A program made the position numbers and the translations under genes. This document shows, piece after piece, positions 32,033 to 42,763 of a stretch of DNA of 64,000 nucleotides. The stretch's first letter is position 1; each line of letters starts with the position of its first letter. Origin of the DNA: Nitrospirota bacterium (GTDB lineage Bacteria > Nitrospirota > UBA9217); assembly GCA_963796285.1 (NCBI GenBank), contig CAWCKW010000012.1:608001-672000 (forward strand). The letters are read 5' to 3'. Below the pieces are notes generated by a model. That model saw nothing but the letters and a program-made list of their open reading frames with translations, made no database searches and had not been told where the DNA came from.

Positions 32033-32716
32033 TCAAGATGCATGGATGAACGAGTACGTTTTGTCTAAATAGATAAACAGGTAGCGCAGTGTTCTTATTA
32101 TACCATTCGAAAGAAAACTCACGTAGTCCATGTTTTCAACGAGGTAAACCTTCATGAGAAACGCCGCAAAGGCGATATTGAACAGAAAGATCAGCGGATA
32201 GGAGAAGATCGCGCCTTCCTCCCTGATATCATTCTGGTCGGTCTGAAGAAAAACGAAGGTCAGCACCAAGTGGAGCGCGAACGTCGCGCCGGACAGGAAA
32301 ATGAGGACATCGATAGCCATACCGCGGGCATCGGCGGCACGCGCGGTCCAGTAGAGGAGAAGCGCAAGGGAGGTATACAGAGGGAAAAAATAAGGGGCAA
32401 GCGTAATGATAAAATTGGATTTGGTTATCGTGACGCGACCGCCGCGATGGCTGGCATGGATGGATTTGATGGAACCTCCGAAGAGCACGGCGAAGAGCGC
32501 GTGCGTGAGCTCATGGCCGATGACATAGGTTAAGACCGGTTTTTTGAACAAAACATGGATGGATAGATAAGTCAGCCCTCCAGCGAGAAAGTAATAGGGA
32601 GTATCCGGCCTGTAGTGGACCGTGAAAACGGTCGCTGTAAGTTGCCAGGCAAAGCCTATGCAGAAGGGGACGAGCATCAGGCCGAACAGTATTTTCACAA
32701 TTTTAATTGCCATCAT
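32033..32716 (-). CDS. Membrane zinc metallopeptidase (M50B-like)
   Basis: HELTH motif, LAPYFFP, TM helices. Confidence 0.75.
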   Translation of the reverse strand: MMAIKIVKILFGLMLVPFCIGFAWQLTATVFTVHYRPDTPYYFLAGGLTYLSIHVLFKKPVLTYVIGHELTHALFAVLFGGSIKSIHASHRGGRVTITKSNFIITLAPYFFPLYTSLALLLYWTARAADARGMAIDVLIFLSGATFALHLVLTFVFLQTDQNDIREEGAIFSYPLIFLFNIAFAAFLMKVYLVENMDYVSFLSNGIIRTLRYLFIYLDKTYSFIHAS

Positions 32717-33270
32717 ACAAACCAGAAAACCCAGGACAATAGTATCCGCACAGATAAGGAGACACGAAGCATGAGATATTCCCTGAAAAATTACAATGAT
32801 TCGGCTTTCTCGCGAGCCAAAGTCCAGGAGGTGCGGTTTTTTTGTTACAGTTATTGGGTATTCTTTGCAATTTAATGCTAATAATAAGCTTTAACTAATA
32901 TTGTACAAGTAATTGAATATAGTGTAATTAAAACGTATTACACAAACTTAAAGCAGATTCTCGAGTTGGGATCGCGCTGGATGATCCTGGTCTGAACCCC
33001 TGTCGGTGACTTTTTTTCTCCGATGGATCCGGTTTCCACCTCAGAGGTAACATCCATGTAAAGAATGGGGCACGGGCATCTCTATATATTCATGTCTATG
33101 AACTCTTGTTCAAAATTCGTTTACCCCGTGAGGTTGTAGGGCTCCGGGTAGCGGTCCGCGGTCCGGAGGATTCGAACAGCGATTGAAGTTCAAATAATGG
33201 CATGTCTCGCGTCAGGAGGGTGTTGATGTCTTTCTCCAGCTTTTACCCATCCAGATCATCTGAAACCGGA

Positions 33271-34356
33271 TCAGATCGACCGTTGCATACGGAAAAGCAC
33301 AATAATAGACGCTATTGCAAAAAATATGTTTGCAAACCATGCAGATATCGCGGGCGGGAGGGCGCCCGAGCGGCCGAAGGAAGCGCCGACGCTCATCAGC
33401 AGCCAGTAGAAAAAGGCAATCGCGATCGCGAGAGCGATTCCTTTGCCAGTTCCTCCGGAACGCACTTTAAGGACACCGAAGGGGATGGAGATCATGACCA
33501 TAAGCAGGCTGGCCAGCGGGTAAGCCAGCTTGGTGTGCAGGTCGACTTCATAGGTGGCGGCCTTATAACCGCTTGATTTGAGCCTTTTCACGTAGTTCCA
33601 CATCTCGGAGAAGTTCATTTCTTCCGAGTTTTTGACGATCATGCCGAGGTCGTCGGGGTTCTCAACGATATTAAAGACTTCGTTGTCGGACGGGCGGGAC
33701 AGCACTACATCGTCGACCTGAGTGAAGGTGCGGCTGTTTTTCAGCCGCCAAGCGCCGTTCTCCCATGCCAGGCGGCCGGCCTTGATGCGTTCCCGAACCG
33801 AGTAGTCGGGATTCAGCTTGTAGATGTTCAAACCCAGCATTTCGGTGCGGTTCGGTGAGACAAGCTCAATGTTGACAATACTGTTCTCCGGTCCGCGGAG
33901 CCACAGCTTGGATTGCTGGAACATCACGCGTTGCTGACTCTTTTCGATCTCCACTTTTCGGATGTAGCTGGCGCGAGAGGTATAGACCGGCATGACAAAT
34001 TCATTGTTGAGAAATCCAAGTCCTGATATCAGCAGACCTCCGGCCAAGAGCGGTGAAACGATCTTTACCAGGCTCACGCCGCTTGCACGCATGGCGATGA
34101 TCTCGTTGTAGCGCGAAAGGTTGCCGAGCGAAAGGAGCGCGGCGATGAGCGCGGCCATGGGCAGCGAAAGCGAAACCATGCCGGGTACGCTGTAAAGGAA
34201 ATATTTGCCGATCTGCGAAAGCGTTGCATGGTACTTGATGAGCTTATCGGCTCTCTGGAGAAACTCGACGCAAAGGTACACGACGAGGATGCCGATCAGG
34301 ACCCCGATCACCAGGGAAATAAACTCCTTGAAAATATGTCTGCTCAGAATCGTCAT
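33271..34356 (-). CDS. lptG: LPS export permease LptG
   Basis: ILSRHIFKEF, EIIAMRASGVSL, periplasmic domain, KLAYP; follows lptF. Confidence 0.9.
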   Translation of the reverse strand: MTILSRHIFKEFISLVIGVLIGILVVYLCVEFLQRADKLIKYHATLSQIGKYFLYSVPGMVSLSLPMAALIAALLSLGNLSRYNEIIAMRASGVSLVKIVSPLLAGGLLISGLGFLNNEFVMPVYTSRASYIRKVEIEKSQQRVMFQQSKLWLRGPENSIVNIELVSPNRTEMLGLNIYKLNPDYSVRERIKAGRLAWENGAWRLKNSRTFTQVDDVVLSRPSDNEVFNIVENPDDLGMIVKNSEEMNFSEMWNYVKRLKSSGYKAATYEVDLHTKLAYPLASLLMVMISIPFGVLKVRSGGTGKGIALAIAIAFFYWLLMSVGASFGRSGALPPAISAWFANIFFAIASIIVLFRMQRSI

Positions 34357-34447
34357 GGATGTTCGTCGAGAGTCTTTCGAACTTAAAACCGTTGCGCGGC
34401 TCAGCTTTACTGTGACCAAGTTTGATGAATTCTGCAATAAATCAAAT

Positions 34448-34531
34448 TTAACCACTGAACGCAGAGGCGCAGAGAAAATCATTGATTCATCGGTTTAAAG
34501 CATTCTCCGTGCTCCGCGCTTCTGCGGTAAT
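34448..34531. repeat. Palindromic GCAGAG/CTCTGC-type intergenic element
   Basis: aaccactgaacgcagaggcgcagagaa ... ttctccgtgctccgcgcttctgcggt. Confidence 0.65.
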
Positions 34532-34559
34532 TAGATCTTTTTCAGCCGCAATGTGCTTG

Positions 34560-35738
34560 TTAAGCCTTTCCTTTCAAACGTGTCTTGATACCATAATAAA
34601 GACGGCTGATGCGGCTCGCAATCGTGAAGCTGCACTCTTGTCCTCTTTTAAAGATAAAAAAGAGTGCGGCCACGGTCATCAGGATGTTCGGCACCCAATA
34701 GGCCTGATAGGCCGGCAACGTCCCGGTCTCAGCAAGATTGGTCGCACCGCTCAAGATAATAAAGTAGACGAGGAAAACGAGGAGCGCGATTGCTATCCCG
34801 GCGGACTTGCCGGAACGGCTCCGCCTGATGCCGAGCGGTGCGCCGATCAGGCCGAGGAGGATGCAGGCAAAGGGGATTGACAGGCGCTTATGCAGTTCCG
34901 TCTCATAACGATATACGGGCTTTCCTTCCAGGCGCAATCGCTTTATCTCCTGGATGAGTTCAAGACTTTCGATGTCTTCAGGGCCTTTTCCGGGAGCATT
35001 GTTCTGGAGGAGTGCATTGCTGATGTCGAGATAGAGCCGCGCAGTATCAAATTTTATGAGGGAATAGGCTTGCTCGGTATGCGGCTGTGTGAGAATGGCA
35101 CCGTCCTGCATGGCGAGGGTCACATTCATAGCCTGCTGGTCGGCAATGAGATTTCCGCGTTTAGCAACGATGGCATAGGGTTCCCTTGCGGAACGCTCAT
35201 CGGAGATAAAAACGCCTTCCATGTTGTTGAGAGGGTCCATTTTGTCGACATAAATGACCATTCCCTCAAAGGTGTTGCTGAAAATACCGGGCTCGATGCC
35301 GATCAGGGCGCGGGATTTCATCATGGCTACCAGGTGGGCCTTGAGAGCCGAGTTTGCGCCGGGGACGAGGATGAGCGAGGTGTACGCAGTGACCGCAAAG
35401 GCGAGCAGCGCGAACAGGAAGACCGGCCTGATCATATGGTAAAGGCTGATGCGGGAGGCCTTCATGGCTGTAATTTCCGAGTCAGCGCTGAGTCGCGCAA
35501 ACGTAGTGAGCGATGCGACAATGAGCGACATGGGGATGGTGATGACGAGAAAGCCGGGTACGACATAGGCCAGAATATTGGCGGTGGACGCAAGGGTGGC
35601 GCCCTTTGAGATGATCAGGTCCGCGAGCTGGAACAGCTTCTGGAGAAAAAGGACGAACAAGAGGATCGCCATGCTGATGAAGAATGGCGGCATCATTTCC
35701 CGGAAGATGTAACGGTCCAATATATGGGTCCTGAACAT
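34560..35738 (-). CDS. lptF: LPS export permease LptF
   Basis: LDRYIFREM, RLSADSEITAMKAS, ELHKRLSIP. Confidence 0.92.
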   Translation of the reverse strand: MFRTHILDRYIFREMMPPFFISMAILLFVLFLQKLFQLADLIISKGATLASTANILAYVVPGFLVITIPMSLIVASLTTFARLSADSEITAMKASRISLYHMIRPVFLFALLAFAVTAYTSLILVPGANSALKAHLVAMMKSRALIGIEPGIFSNTFEGMVIYVDKMDPLNNMEGVFISDERSAREPYAIVAKRGNLIADQQAMNVTLAMQDGAILTQPHTEQAYSLIKFDTARLYLDISNALLQNNAPGKGPEDIESLELIQEIKRLRLEGKPVYRYETELHKRLSIPFACILLGLIGAPLGIRRSRSGKSAGIAIALLVFLVYFIILSGATNLAETGTLPAYQAYWVPNILMTVAALFFIFKRGQECSFTIASRISRLYYGIKTRLKGKA

Positions 35739-35740
35739 GG

Positions 35741-37562
35741 CTATTTTCTGATCTCCTCGAGGATGTTCTTCTCGATCTTGTTCATGACGAAGTAGTCATT
35801 TTCAAGTTCTTCGATGTAGAAAAGATCAAGGCCGCTGTTCGCAAGAAAGTCCTCCCGTACCCGGTTGTCCCGTGACACGATTATGTGCGGCAGGAGATTG
35901 TTCAGGTAGAACGACTCTTTCCGGATATCGAGGATGATCTCCTCGAACACGCTGTGAGGCACGGGCCCCTGCACGATCCTCTTCGCCTGGATTTCCCGGT
36001 TAAGGTCCTGGATGAATATTTCCTGGTCTTCACTGGAGTTCAACTCAGCGTAGATGCTTTTGAACCGGTCCTTGATGTAGCGGTGGATAGCGGTGTAAAG
36101 TTTGTCGTCCTCGTTGATGCCGGTGATCGCTGCGGAAAGATCCCGATAGGTGGTGTCGCCGGCCTTGATCCGCTGGAGCCCGTAAAACAGCGTGTCGACC
36201 TTTTTCCTGCCGTAACGGGTCATGTAGTGGTTCTCCCGCAGGGGTTCGATGAACAGCTCAAGGAACAGATTCCGCGCCGATCTGGTCGAAGACCTCCTTG
36301 TTGCCGGAGAGGCTCCGGATGTTGTCTTCGCTCAGGGTCGAGTTCTCCATGAACGCGAGGTTGTTGATCATGCTTGCAGTGCTGTCATACCGGTCGAAAT
36401 AGGTCAGGATGGAACTCATGGATTCGAGTGCGGACATGTCATTGGAATCACGGGCATGTTCGTCGCAGGCCCTGACCGTATCGAGCAAGAGCCCTTCAAA
36501 GGCCTGGTCCCTGACTGCGGTGGATTTCTGCTTGCCTTTCAGGAGCTTTACGAGGTCCTCCTGCGAAAGATGCCCGCGGATATTGTCGGTCCTGAAGAAC
36601 AGCCCTTCAAAGATCGCCCGCGTGTCTTTCACGTATTCCGGTTCCTCCACCTCGACGATCTGCATGTCCTTGAGAAGAAGCTCGTCGAGCGTGTCGAAGA
36701 GCGTGTGAGGGATATTGAGACGCAAGCTCAATGTGCGGAGCCGTGAGAGTTTTGCCAGCTCCGAGGGGTTCACCTGGCCTTTTTCCGAAACAGTAATAAG
36801 GATGTCCTTGTATTCATCGACGATCTTCTTGTTCTCGGGAAGCTTGTACATCCCGTCTATTTTGATGCGCTCCTGCTGATAGGGAATGATCTTGTACTGT
36901 TTTGCCAGGTCATCGAGAACGGAGACGGCCTCAGGGGAAAGCATTTTTTGCTCGGCATAAAATTTGTTGAAGGTTTTGTAATATGCCTCGTTATTCCGGT
37001 TTTGCAGCCGAAAGAGAAAAACAAGGCCCCTGGCATCTCCAAAGGCGTCAAAGATCTCCCGGCAGAGACGGGTGTCATCGGAGGCCCCTATGGTCGTACT
37101 ACGTTTCAACTGTTTGCCGATGTACTTCAGGATATCGCGCTGAATGTCCCTGTTCTCTTTATTGAACGAGGAGTGAATGAAAAAAAAGTAGTTCGAGACC
37201 GCGTTGCCGGTGAGAAAAACATGGTCGAAAGAGGCTTTGCCGGCCGTGGCGTTGGTAAAAGTGATGTTATCGGAGTTATCGTAATAAGCTCCGAACATGA
37301 CCAGACGGTTCGAAACGTCTTTGCGCAGGAGGTCCGTGAGCGGCAGGTCCACGCCGAACATATATTCGCAAAGGCTGCCGCCGGACCCGCTATGGCTGAT
37401 GCCATTCGGGGAAATGATGAACTCATTCCTTCCCGAAAAGAACCGGTCCCCGTCAGGAAGCGATTCATAGCAGTATCTGCTGCTCAGGTCGGCGCCGGTG
37501 ATGGTGACAAAATAGTCCAGTTTTTCGTTGGCTTTGCCGTGCAGCTTGATTTCATGGATCAT
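35741..37562 (-). CDS. Conserved ~600-aa hypothetical protein, TIGR04442-like (frameshift near 36260)
   Basis: MIHEIKLHG start, YQQERIKID, DFLANSGLDLFYIEELE; family name from recall of Geobacter-type homologs. Confidence 0.65.
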
Positions 37563-37765
37563 AGCGGGCATTATAACAAACAAACCCGGATTTTCAAATG
37601 GAAAAATGGAATTCACTGCAAGAATTGCCGGTGTATCCGATCCAGGTACGATGAAAATAGTGTGCGTCGCCATATTTCTCTTGATACGACTATGGAGAAA
37701 TCGTATAATGCACCGCGTTGCTGCAATATCGCCGTATAAAAGACCGGAAAGAGCGGACCACGCGT

Positions 37766-38317
37766 ATGCCCGTAACGAGCGGGAGTATAAAAAAGATCGT
37801 TTTCCTTGCTGTCCTTGTCGTCCTGATCGCCGTATTCATCGGGGGATATCTTATCATGGACAGGACAACGGGGAACAAGATCATCACCACCGGTGATCGG
37901 GCGCCTGAGTTCCGTTTGCAGAAAATGGACAACGGATATGTCAACCTTTCGGACCTTCGCGGCAAGGTGGTGATGGTCCATTTCTGGGCCACCTGGTGTC
38001 CTCCCTGCGTGGAGGAAATCCCAACGCTCGACCGGCTGCATCACTCGGTTATCGGCAAGGATTTCGAGATGCTTGCGGTGAGCGTCGACGAGGGCGGAGC
38101 CGGGGCGGTGGCGCCCTTTATCCAGAAAAACAGGTTGGACGTTCCTGTGCTCTTTGATCCCGGACATGAAGTAGCCGGGCAGTATGGAACGTATAAATTC
38201 CCCGAGACCTATATCATAGACCGCCAGGGTATTGTCCGATACAAGGCGATCGGCCCCAGAGATTGGACCGACCCGTCGAACATCCAGATCCTGCGGAACA
38301 TCATCGAGGCACGATAG
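37766..38317 (+). CDS. TlpA/ResA-family thiol-disulfide oxidoreductase
   Basis: N-terminal TM anchor, FWATWCPPC, FPETYIID. Confidence 0.93.
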   Translation: MPVTSGSIKKIVFLAVLVVLIAVFIGGYLIMDRTTGNKIITTGDRAPEFRLQKMDNGYVNLSDLRGKVVMVHFWATWCPPCVEEIPTLDRLHHSVIGKDFEMLAVSVDEGGAGAVAPFIQKNRLDVPVLFDPGHEVAGQYGTYKFPETYIIDRQGIVRYKAIGPRDWTDPSNIQILRNIIEAR

Positions 38318-38382
38318 ACCGCGCAGCAGGGTTCTTGCCAATGAAATAACAGCTGACAGCACAATCGAACAGGAGCCACTGA

Positions 38383-38541
38383 ATGTCGGATTTTACATCA
38401 ACTGCACTGATCCTCATTGTTGTCGTCCTTGCCGTCAGCAGGTTCAACAGGGGCGGGGGCTGAGGCCCGAAACCAGGTCCCCTCTGTAAGAGGGACGAGG
38501 ACCCTCGCCGGCAAAACGGCGGGGAGAAAAAACAGCGGTAA
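38383..38541 (+). CDS. Putative 52-aa membrane-anchored selenoprotein (in-frame UGA at 38461)
   Basis: AGGAG RBS, TM helix, GGG-U-GPKPGPLC, hairpin after the UGA, readthrough stop 1 nt before the next ATG. Confidence 0.55.
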
Positions 38542-38542
38542 C

Positions 38543-39697
38543 ATGAAAAAGTATCTTTTTGCCGGACTCGGAGCATTCGCTCTGTGCGTCCTCCTCATTG
38601 TTCTGTGGACCATGCGGGTCCTTTCCAACCTGCCGGATGTTACGACGTTGAAACACTACCGCCCGGCCGCCGCTGCCGAGGTCCTTGATAAGGACGGCAC
38701 ACTCCTGACCCTCTTCTATGACCGCAAGTTCCGGATATGGATCCCCATAGCCGGCCTCCCCGAGCTTGTCATCAATGCAGTGACAACCGCCGAAGACGAC
38801 ACCTTTTTTGAACACCATGGGGTGAATTACAAGGCGACGCGGGATGCCATGCTCCATGACTGGAAGAAGCGCAGGTTCTCGCGTGGCGGCAGCACGATCA
38901 CGCAGCAGATGATCAAGAACGTATTCCTTTCCAAGGAAAAGACCCTGACCCGAAAACTGCGGGAATATGTCCTGGCCATCAAGGCCGAGGAGATCCTCAC
39001 AAAACACCGGATCCTCGAGATCTACCTGAACGAGGTCGAGTGGGGAGACAATATCTATGGCATAGAGGCCGCGAGCCGCTTCTACCTGGACAAGCATGCG
39101 TCCGAACTCACCCCGGCAGAAGCCGCTCTTCTGGCCGGCATGCTCCCGAACCCTCACTTCTACAATCCCTATAAGAGGCCCGCGAAGGCCAGAGACCGTC
39201 AGGAACGGGTGCTGTTCAACATGCAGCAGGCAAAACTCATCACCAAGGATGAATACGCCGCGGCGCTTCAAGAACCTTTGAAACTGCGGCAGGAAGGCTC
39301 GAGCAGGATGGACCTTTCCGCGCTTAAGGCGGGGAATGGCGGACCGTGTTATCACGATGCGCTGGAGCAGATGTTGGTATCGGTCATCGGGGAACAAAAA
39401 CTCTACCACAGAGGGGGAACCATCAGTACGACGCTTGAGAAGTCCCTGCAGAACGAATTCAGTAATCTGGGAGGGTCGCAGAAGGATGGGGAGGGCAGGC
39501 CTTCCGGCCGCATTCCCGTTGTCATGCAGGGGAACAAGATACGGGCGATCATCTGCGGCGAGGGCAGGGAAGCGGAAGCCAGATCAAAACTCGAATCGCT
39601 CGGCGTGTTCTACGAGAGTTATAATGTGGGCGCGATAGAGGCCGATGAGATTGAGAGGGAGCAGATCATCGGCTCTTCGGGCGATGATAATAAATGA
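38543..39697 (+). CDS. GT51 peptidoglycan transglycosylase with no recognisable transpeptidase domain
   Basis: EDDTFFEHHG, GGSTITQQMIKN, RKLRE, ILEIYLN, GIEAAS. Confidence 0.9.
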   Translation: MKKYLFAGLGAFALCVLLIVLWTMRVLSNLPDVTTLKHYRPAAAAEVLDKDGTLLTLFYDRKFRIWIPIAGLPELVINAVTTAEDDTFFEHHGVNYKATRDAMLHDWKKRRFSRGGSTITQQMIKNVFLSKEKTLTRKLREYVLAIKAEEILTKHRILEIYLNEVEWGDNIYGIEAASRFYLDKHASELTPAEAALLAGMLPNPHFYNPYKRPAKARDRQERVLFNMQQAKLITKDEYAAALQEPLKLRQEGSSRMDLSALKAGNGGPCYHDALEQMLVSVIGEQKLYHRGGTISTTLEKSLQNEFSNLGGSQKDGEGRPSGRIPVVMQGNKIRAIICGEGREAEARSKLESLGVFYESYNVGAIEADEIEREQIIGSSGDDNK

Positions 39698-39738
39698 AGT
39701 TGACTGCCACGGTAGATCTGGAAATCTCCTCCATTTTG

Positions 39739-39765
39739 CTAGGTCGAGTCCGGCTCGGGGAGCCA
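39739..39765 (+). other. Degenerate tRNA 3'-end fragment (possible att remnant)
   Basis: ctaggtcgagtccggctcggggagcca resembles a variable-loop/T-arm piece, acceptor strand and G-CCA. Confidence 0.45.
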
Positions 39766-40028
39766 CACATATCGAATACTGGGCACCTTTTCATTTCAAG
39801 GGTGTAATTGCATAGCTCGTGCTGAAATTGCATTCTCTCTGTCCTATAGATTCCACTCCTAAAGTAATATATTTTCAATAAACGCGAATTGTGATATGCT
39901 TCTAATGCATTTTCAGGCCCCGTGTTACCGCTCCGGGGGCAGAGGGTGCAGGATGTTAGGTATTCTTCTTGCTAAAATCGCTGACACCGGAAATACGTTA
40001 TTAGTCCTTTTTTAAATACCATTTTACA

Positions 40029-40800
40029 TCATAAGTGTCCCAACGTTACAGCAATAGATTCAATTGGTTATCACCATCAATGTTGTCATTTTCGTAAATC
40101 GGTGAAGAAAGAACCTGCAAAATGGGCGTTTTCTCGAACTGGGTCACACTCAAAATCTGTAGAATTGTGTAAAGGCTCCGATCCAGCTTCAATTGTTTCT
40201 TGACAATGGCCACGAGAACATATACAGAAATTGCGATCCATATTTGAGTCTTGACAGCGTTCTCACTGGTACCATAAAACGCTTTGATCCGCAGGTGCTG
40301 CTTGATCCATTTGAAGAACAGTTCCACCTGCCAGCGACATTTGTAAATATTCGCGATCACGATTGACGGTAGGACAAAATTGTTCGTCAAAAAGACAAAC
40401 CGCTTCTTGGTATCTACGTCGTAGTAACGGATGCGCCTGAGCTTCTCGGGATAGTCTATCAACGCATAGAAGCCCGTAACCATAATGATCTGGTCTGACC
40501 GTACACCGGTCGATTTGTCCACCGGTTGAGAGTAGAGACGTTTGAAAACAAAATTGCTCTTCGCGCGAGTTACGAAGAACGCAAGAGATTGATGAATCCG
40601 ATAGAGCCGGGAGAAATCGATGTAACCCCGGTCGAAAATATAGATCGCTCCGGCCTCGAAGATGAGATCGTCGAGCGCGCTGACATCGCCTATTTTTCCA
40701 CTGGTAATGCTGATCACAACGGGGATGTTGCCCCGGAGATCCAATAGCGTATGAAGATTCACCGCAGCTTTGGCTTTGCGGAACTTGGCCCAGGGAAAGC
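40029..40800 (-). mobile_element. IS4-family transposase remnant (5'-truncated)
   Basis: FPWAKFR..KAAVNLHTLLDL, FDRGY, YKCRWQVELFFKWIKQHL, SENAVKTQIW; N-terminal part absent. Confidence 0.88.
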
Positions 40801-40927
40801 AGTCTCAGTGATTTCTTTTTGAATGCAGATTCCAGGAAGAACCAAACACTACATGTTTTAACCTGCATTCTTCAATTCGCTAAGATCCTGGGCACTCCGC
40901 AGAACTTCGATAAACTTTCACCATAAA

Positions 40928-42763
40928 TTATAAGGTCTTACTGGTCCACTTCGCGTACAGGGTAATATTTGTTGCACCCATCGTGAAGGTCTGCGATGGA
41001 GTATAGGTCGTTCCGGTTCCATTAGCCTTTGTGTTCCAGTTCGCGAAGGAGTAGCCTGTCTTTACAAGGTTGCCTGTATTGCCGAGCACCGTAACAGTTT
41101 GCCCATTCACATATTTGTTTGAGTCAACCGGGACGCTGCCGTCGGTATTGCCGTTGCCTTTATAGGTTACGGTATACGTGGTGTTTGCTGTCCACTTCGC
41201 GTACAGGGTGATATTTGCCGCACCCATCGTGAAGGTCTGCGATGGAGTATAGGTCGTTCCGGTTCCGTTAGCCAGCGTGTTCCAGTTCGCGAAGGAGTAA
41301 CCTGTCTTTACAAGGTTGCCTGTATTGCCGAGCACCGTAACAGTCTGCCCCTGCTGGTAGTTGTTTGAGTCAACCGGGACGCTGCCGCCGGTATTGCCGT
41401 TGCCGTTATAGGTTACGGTATACGTGGGGTTTGCGGTCCACATAGCGTAGAGGGTAACATTTGCTGCACCCATTATGAAGGTCTGTGCCTGCGGATAGGT
41501 TACGCCGGATCCGTCCGCCAGCGTGTTCCAGTTCGCGAAGGAGTAGCCTGTCTTTACAAGGTTGCCTGTATTGCCGAGCACCGTAACGGTCTGCCCCTGC
41601 TGGTAGTTGGTTGAGTCAACCGGAACGCCGCCGCCGGTATTGCCGTTGCCGTTATAGGTTACGGTATACGTGGGGTTGGCGGTCCACATCGCGTACAGGG
41701 TAATATTTGCGGCACCCATCGTGAAGGTCTGCGACTGTGTATAAACCGTTCCGGTTCCGTTAGCCAGCGTGTTCCAGCCTGCGAAGGAATAGTTGGTCTT
41801 TACAAGGTTGCCTGTATTGCCGAGCACCGTGACAGTTTGCCCATGCTCGTAATTGGTTGAGTCAACCGGAACGATACCGCCGGTATTGCCGTTGCCGTTA
41901 TAGGTTACGGTATACGTGGGGTTGGCGGTCCAGATCGCGTACAGAGTGACATTTGCTACGCCCATCATGAATGTCTGCGCCTGCGTATAGGTTGCGCCGG
42001 ACCCGTCCGTTTGCGTGTTCCAGCCTGTGAAGGAATAGCCTGTCTTTACAAGGTTGCCTGTATTGCCGAGCACCGTAACGGTTTGCCCCTGCTCGTAATT
42101 GGTTGAGTCAACCGGAACGATACCGCCGGTGTTGCCGTTGCCGTTATAGGTTACGGTATATGTGGGGTTTGCGGTCCAGATCGCGTACAGAGTGACATTT
42201 GCCGCACCCATTGCGAAGGTCTGCGACTGCGGATAGGATGCTCCGGATCCGTCCGCTTGCGTGTTCCAGCCTGCGAAGGAATAGTTGGTCTTTACAAGGT
42301 TGCCTGTATTGCCGAGCACCGTGACTGTTTGCCCTGGCACGTAATTGGTGTAGTCAACCGGAACGCTGCCGCCGGTATTGCCGTTGCCGTCATAGGTCAC
42401 AGTATACGTGGGGTTAGCGGTCCAGATCGCGTACAGGGTGACATTTGCCGCACCCATCGTGAAGGTCTGGACCTGCGTATAGGTTGCGCCGGACCCGTCC
42501 GCCTGCGTGTTCCAACCCACGAAGGAACAGTCGGCCTGTATGAGGTTGCCTGTATTGCCGAGCACCGTGACAGTTTGCCCATTCACATATTTGTTTGAGT
42601 CAATCGGGACGCTACCACCGGTATTGCCGTTGCCGTCATAGGTTACAGAATACGAATTTGGGCTTGAAGTTATACTGCCGCAGCTTGCCAGTATGAGCGA
42701 AAGGACCAGAATAAGCACCGTGACTGCTAAGATGCTGAAACGGCTGTGTCTTGAAGTACTCAA
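40928..42763 (-). CDS. Surface lipoprotein with 7 tandem 82-aa InlB-B / Listeria-Bacteroides (Flg_new) repeats
   Basis: TTG start after AAGGAG, lipobox ILASC; units YTVTYNGNGNTGG...FAGWNT..DGSG...LYAxW every 246 nt. Confidence 0.88.
   Translation of the reverse strand: MSTSRHSRFSILAVTVLILVLSLILASCGSITSSPNSYSVTYDGNGNTGGSVPIDSNKYVNGQTVTVLGNTGNLIQADCSFVGWNTQADGSGATYTQVQTFTMGAANVTLYAIWTANPTYTVTYDGNGNTGGSVPVDYTNYVPGQTVTVLGNTGNLVKTNYSFAGWNTQADGSGASYPQSQTFAMGAANVTLYAIWTANPTYTVTYNGNGNTGGIVPVDSTNYEQGQTVTVLGNTGNLVKTGYSFTGWNTQTDGSGATYTQAQTFMMGVANVTLYAIWTANPTYTVTYNGNGNTGGIVPVDSTNYEHGQTVTVLGNTGNLVKTNYSFAGWNTLANGTGTVYTQSQTFTMGAANITLYAMWTANPTYTVTYNGNGNTGGGVPVDSTNYQQGQTVTVLGNTGNLVKTGYSFANWNTLADGSGVTYPQAQTFIMGAANVTLYAMWTANPTYTVTYNGNGNTGGSVPVDSNNYQQGQTVTVLGNTGNLVKTGYSFANWNTLANGTGTTYTPSQTFTMGAANITLYAKWTANTTYTVTYKGNGNTDGSVPVDSNKYVNGQTVTVLGNTGNLVKTGYSFANWNTKANGTGTTYTPSQTFTMGATNITLYAKWTSKTL

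Noticed and set aside
32940-33260. Possible ncRNA (for example 6S) or small gene between the M50 peptidase and lptG
   Set aside because: No recognisable consensus, no convincing long hairpin and no ORF with a clear RBS could be established by eye.
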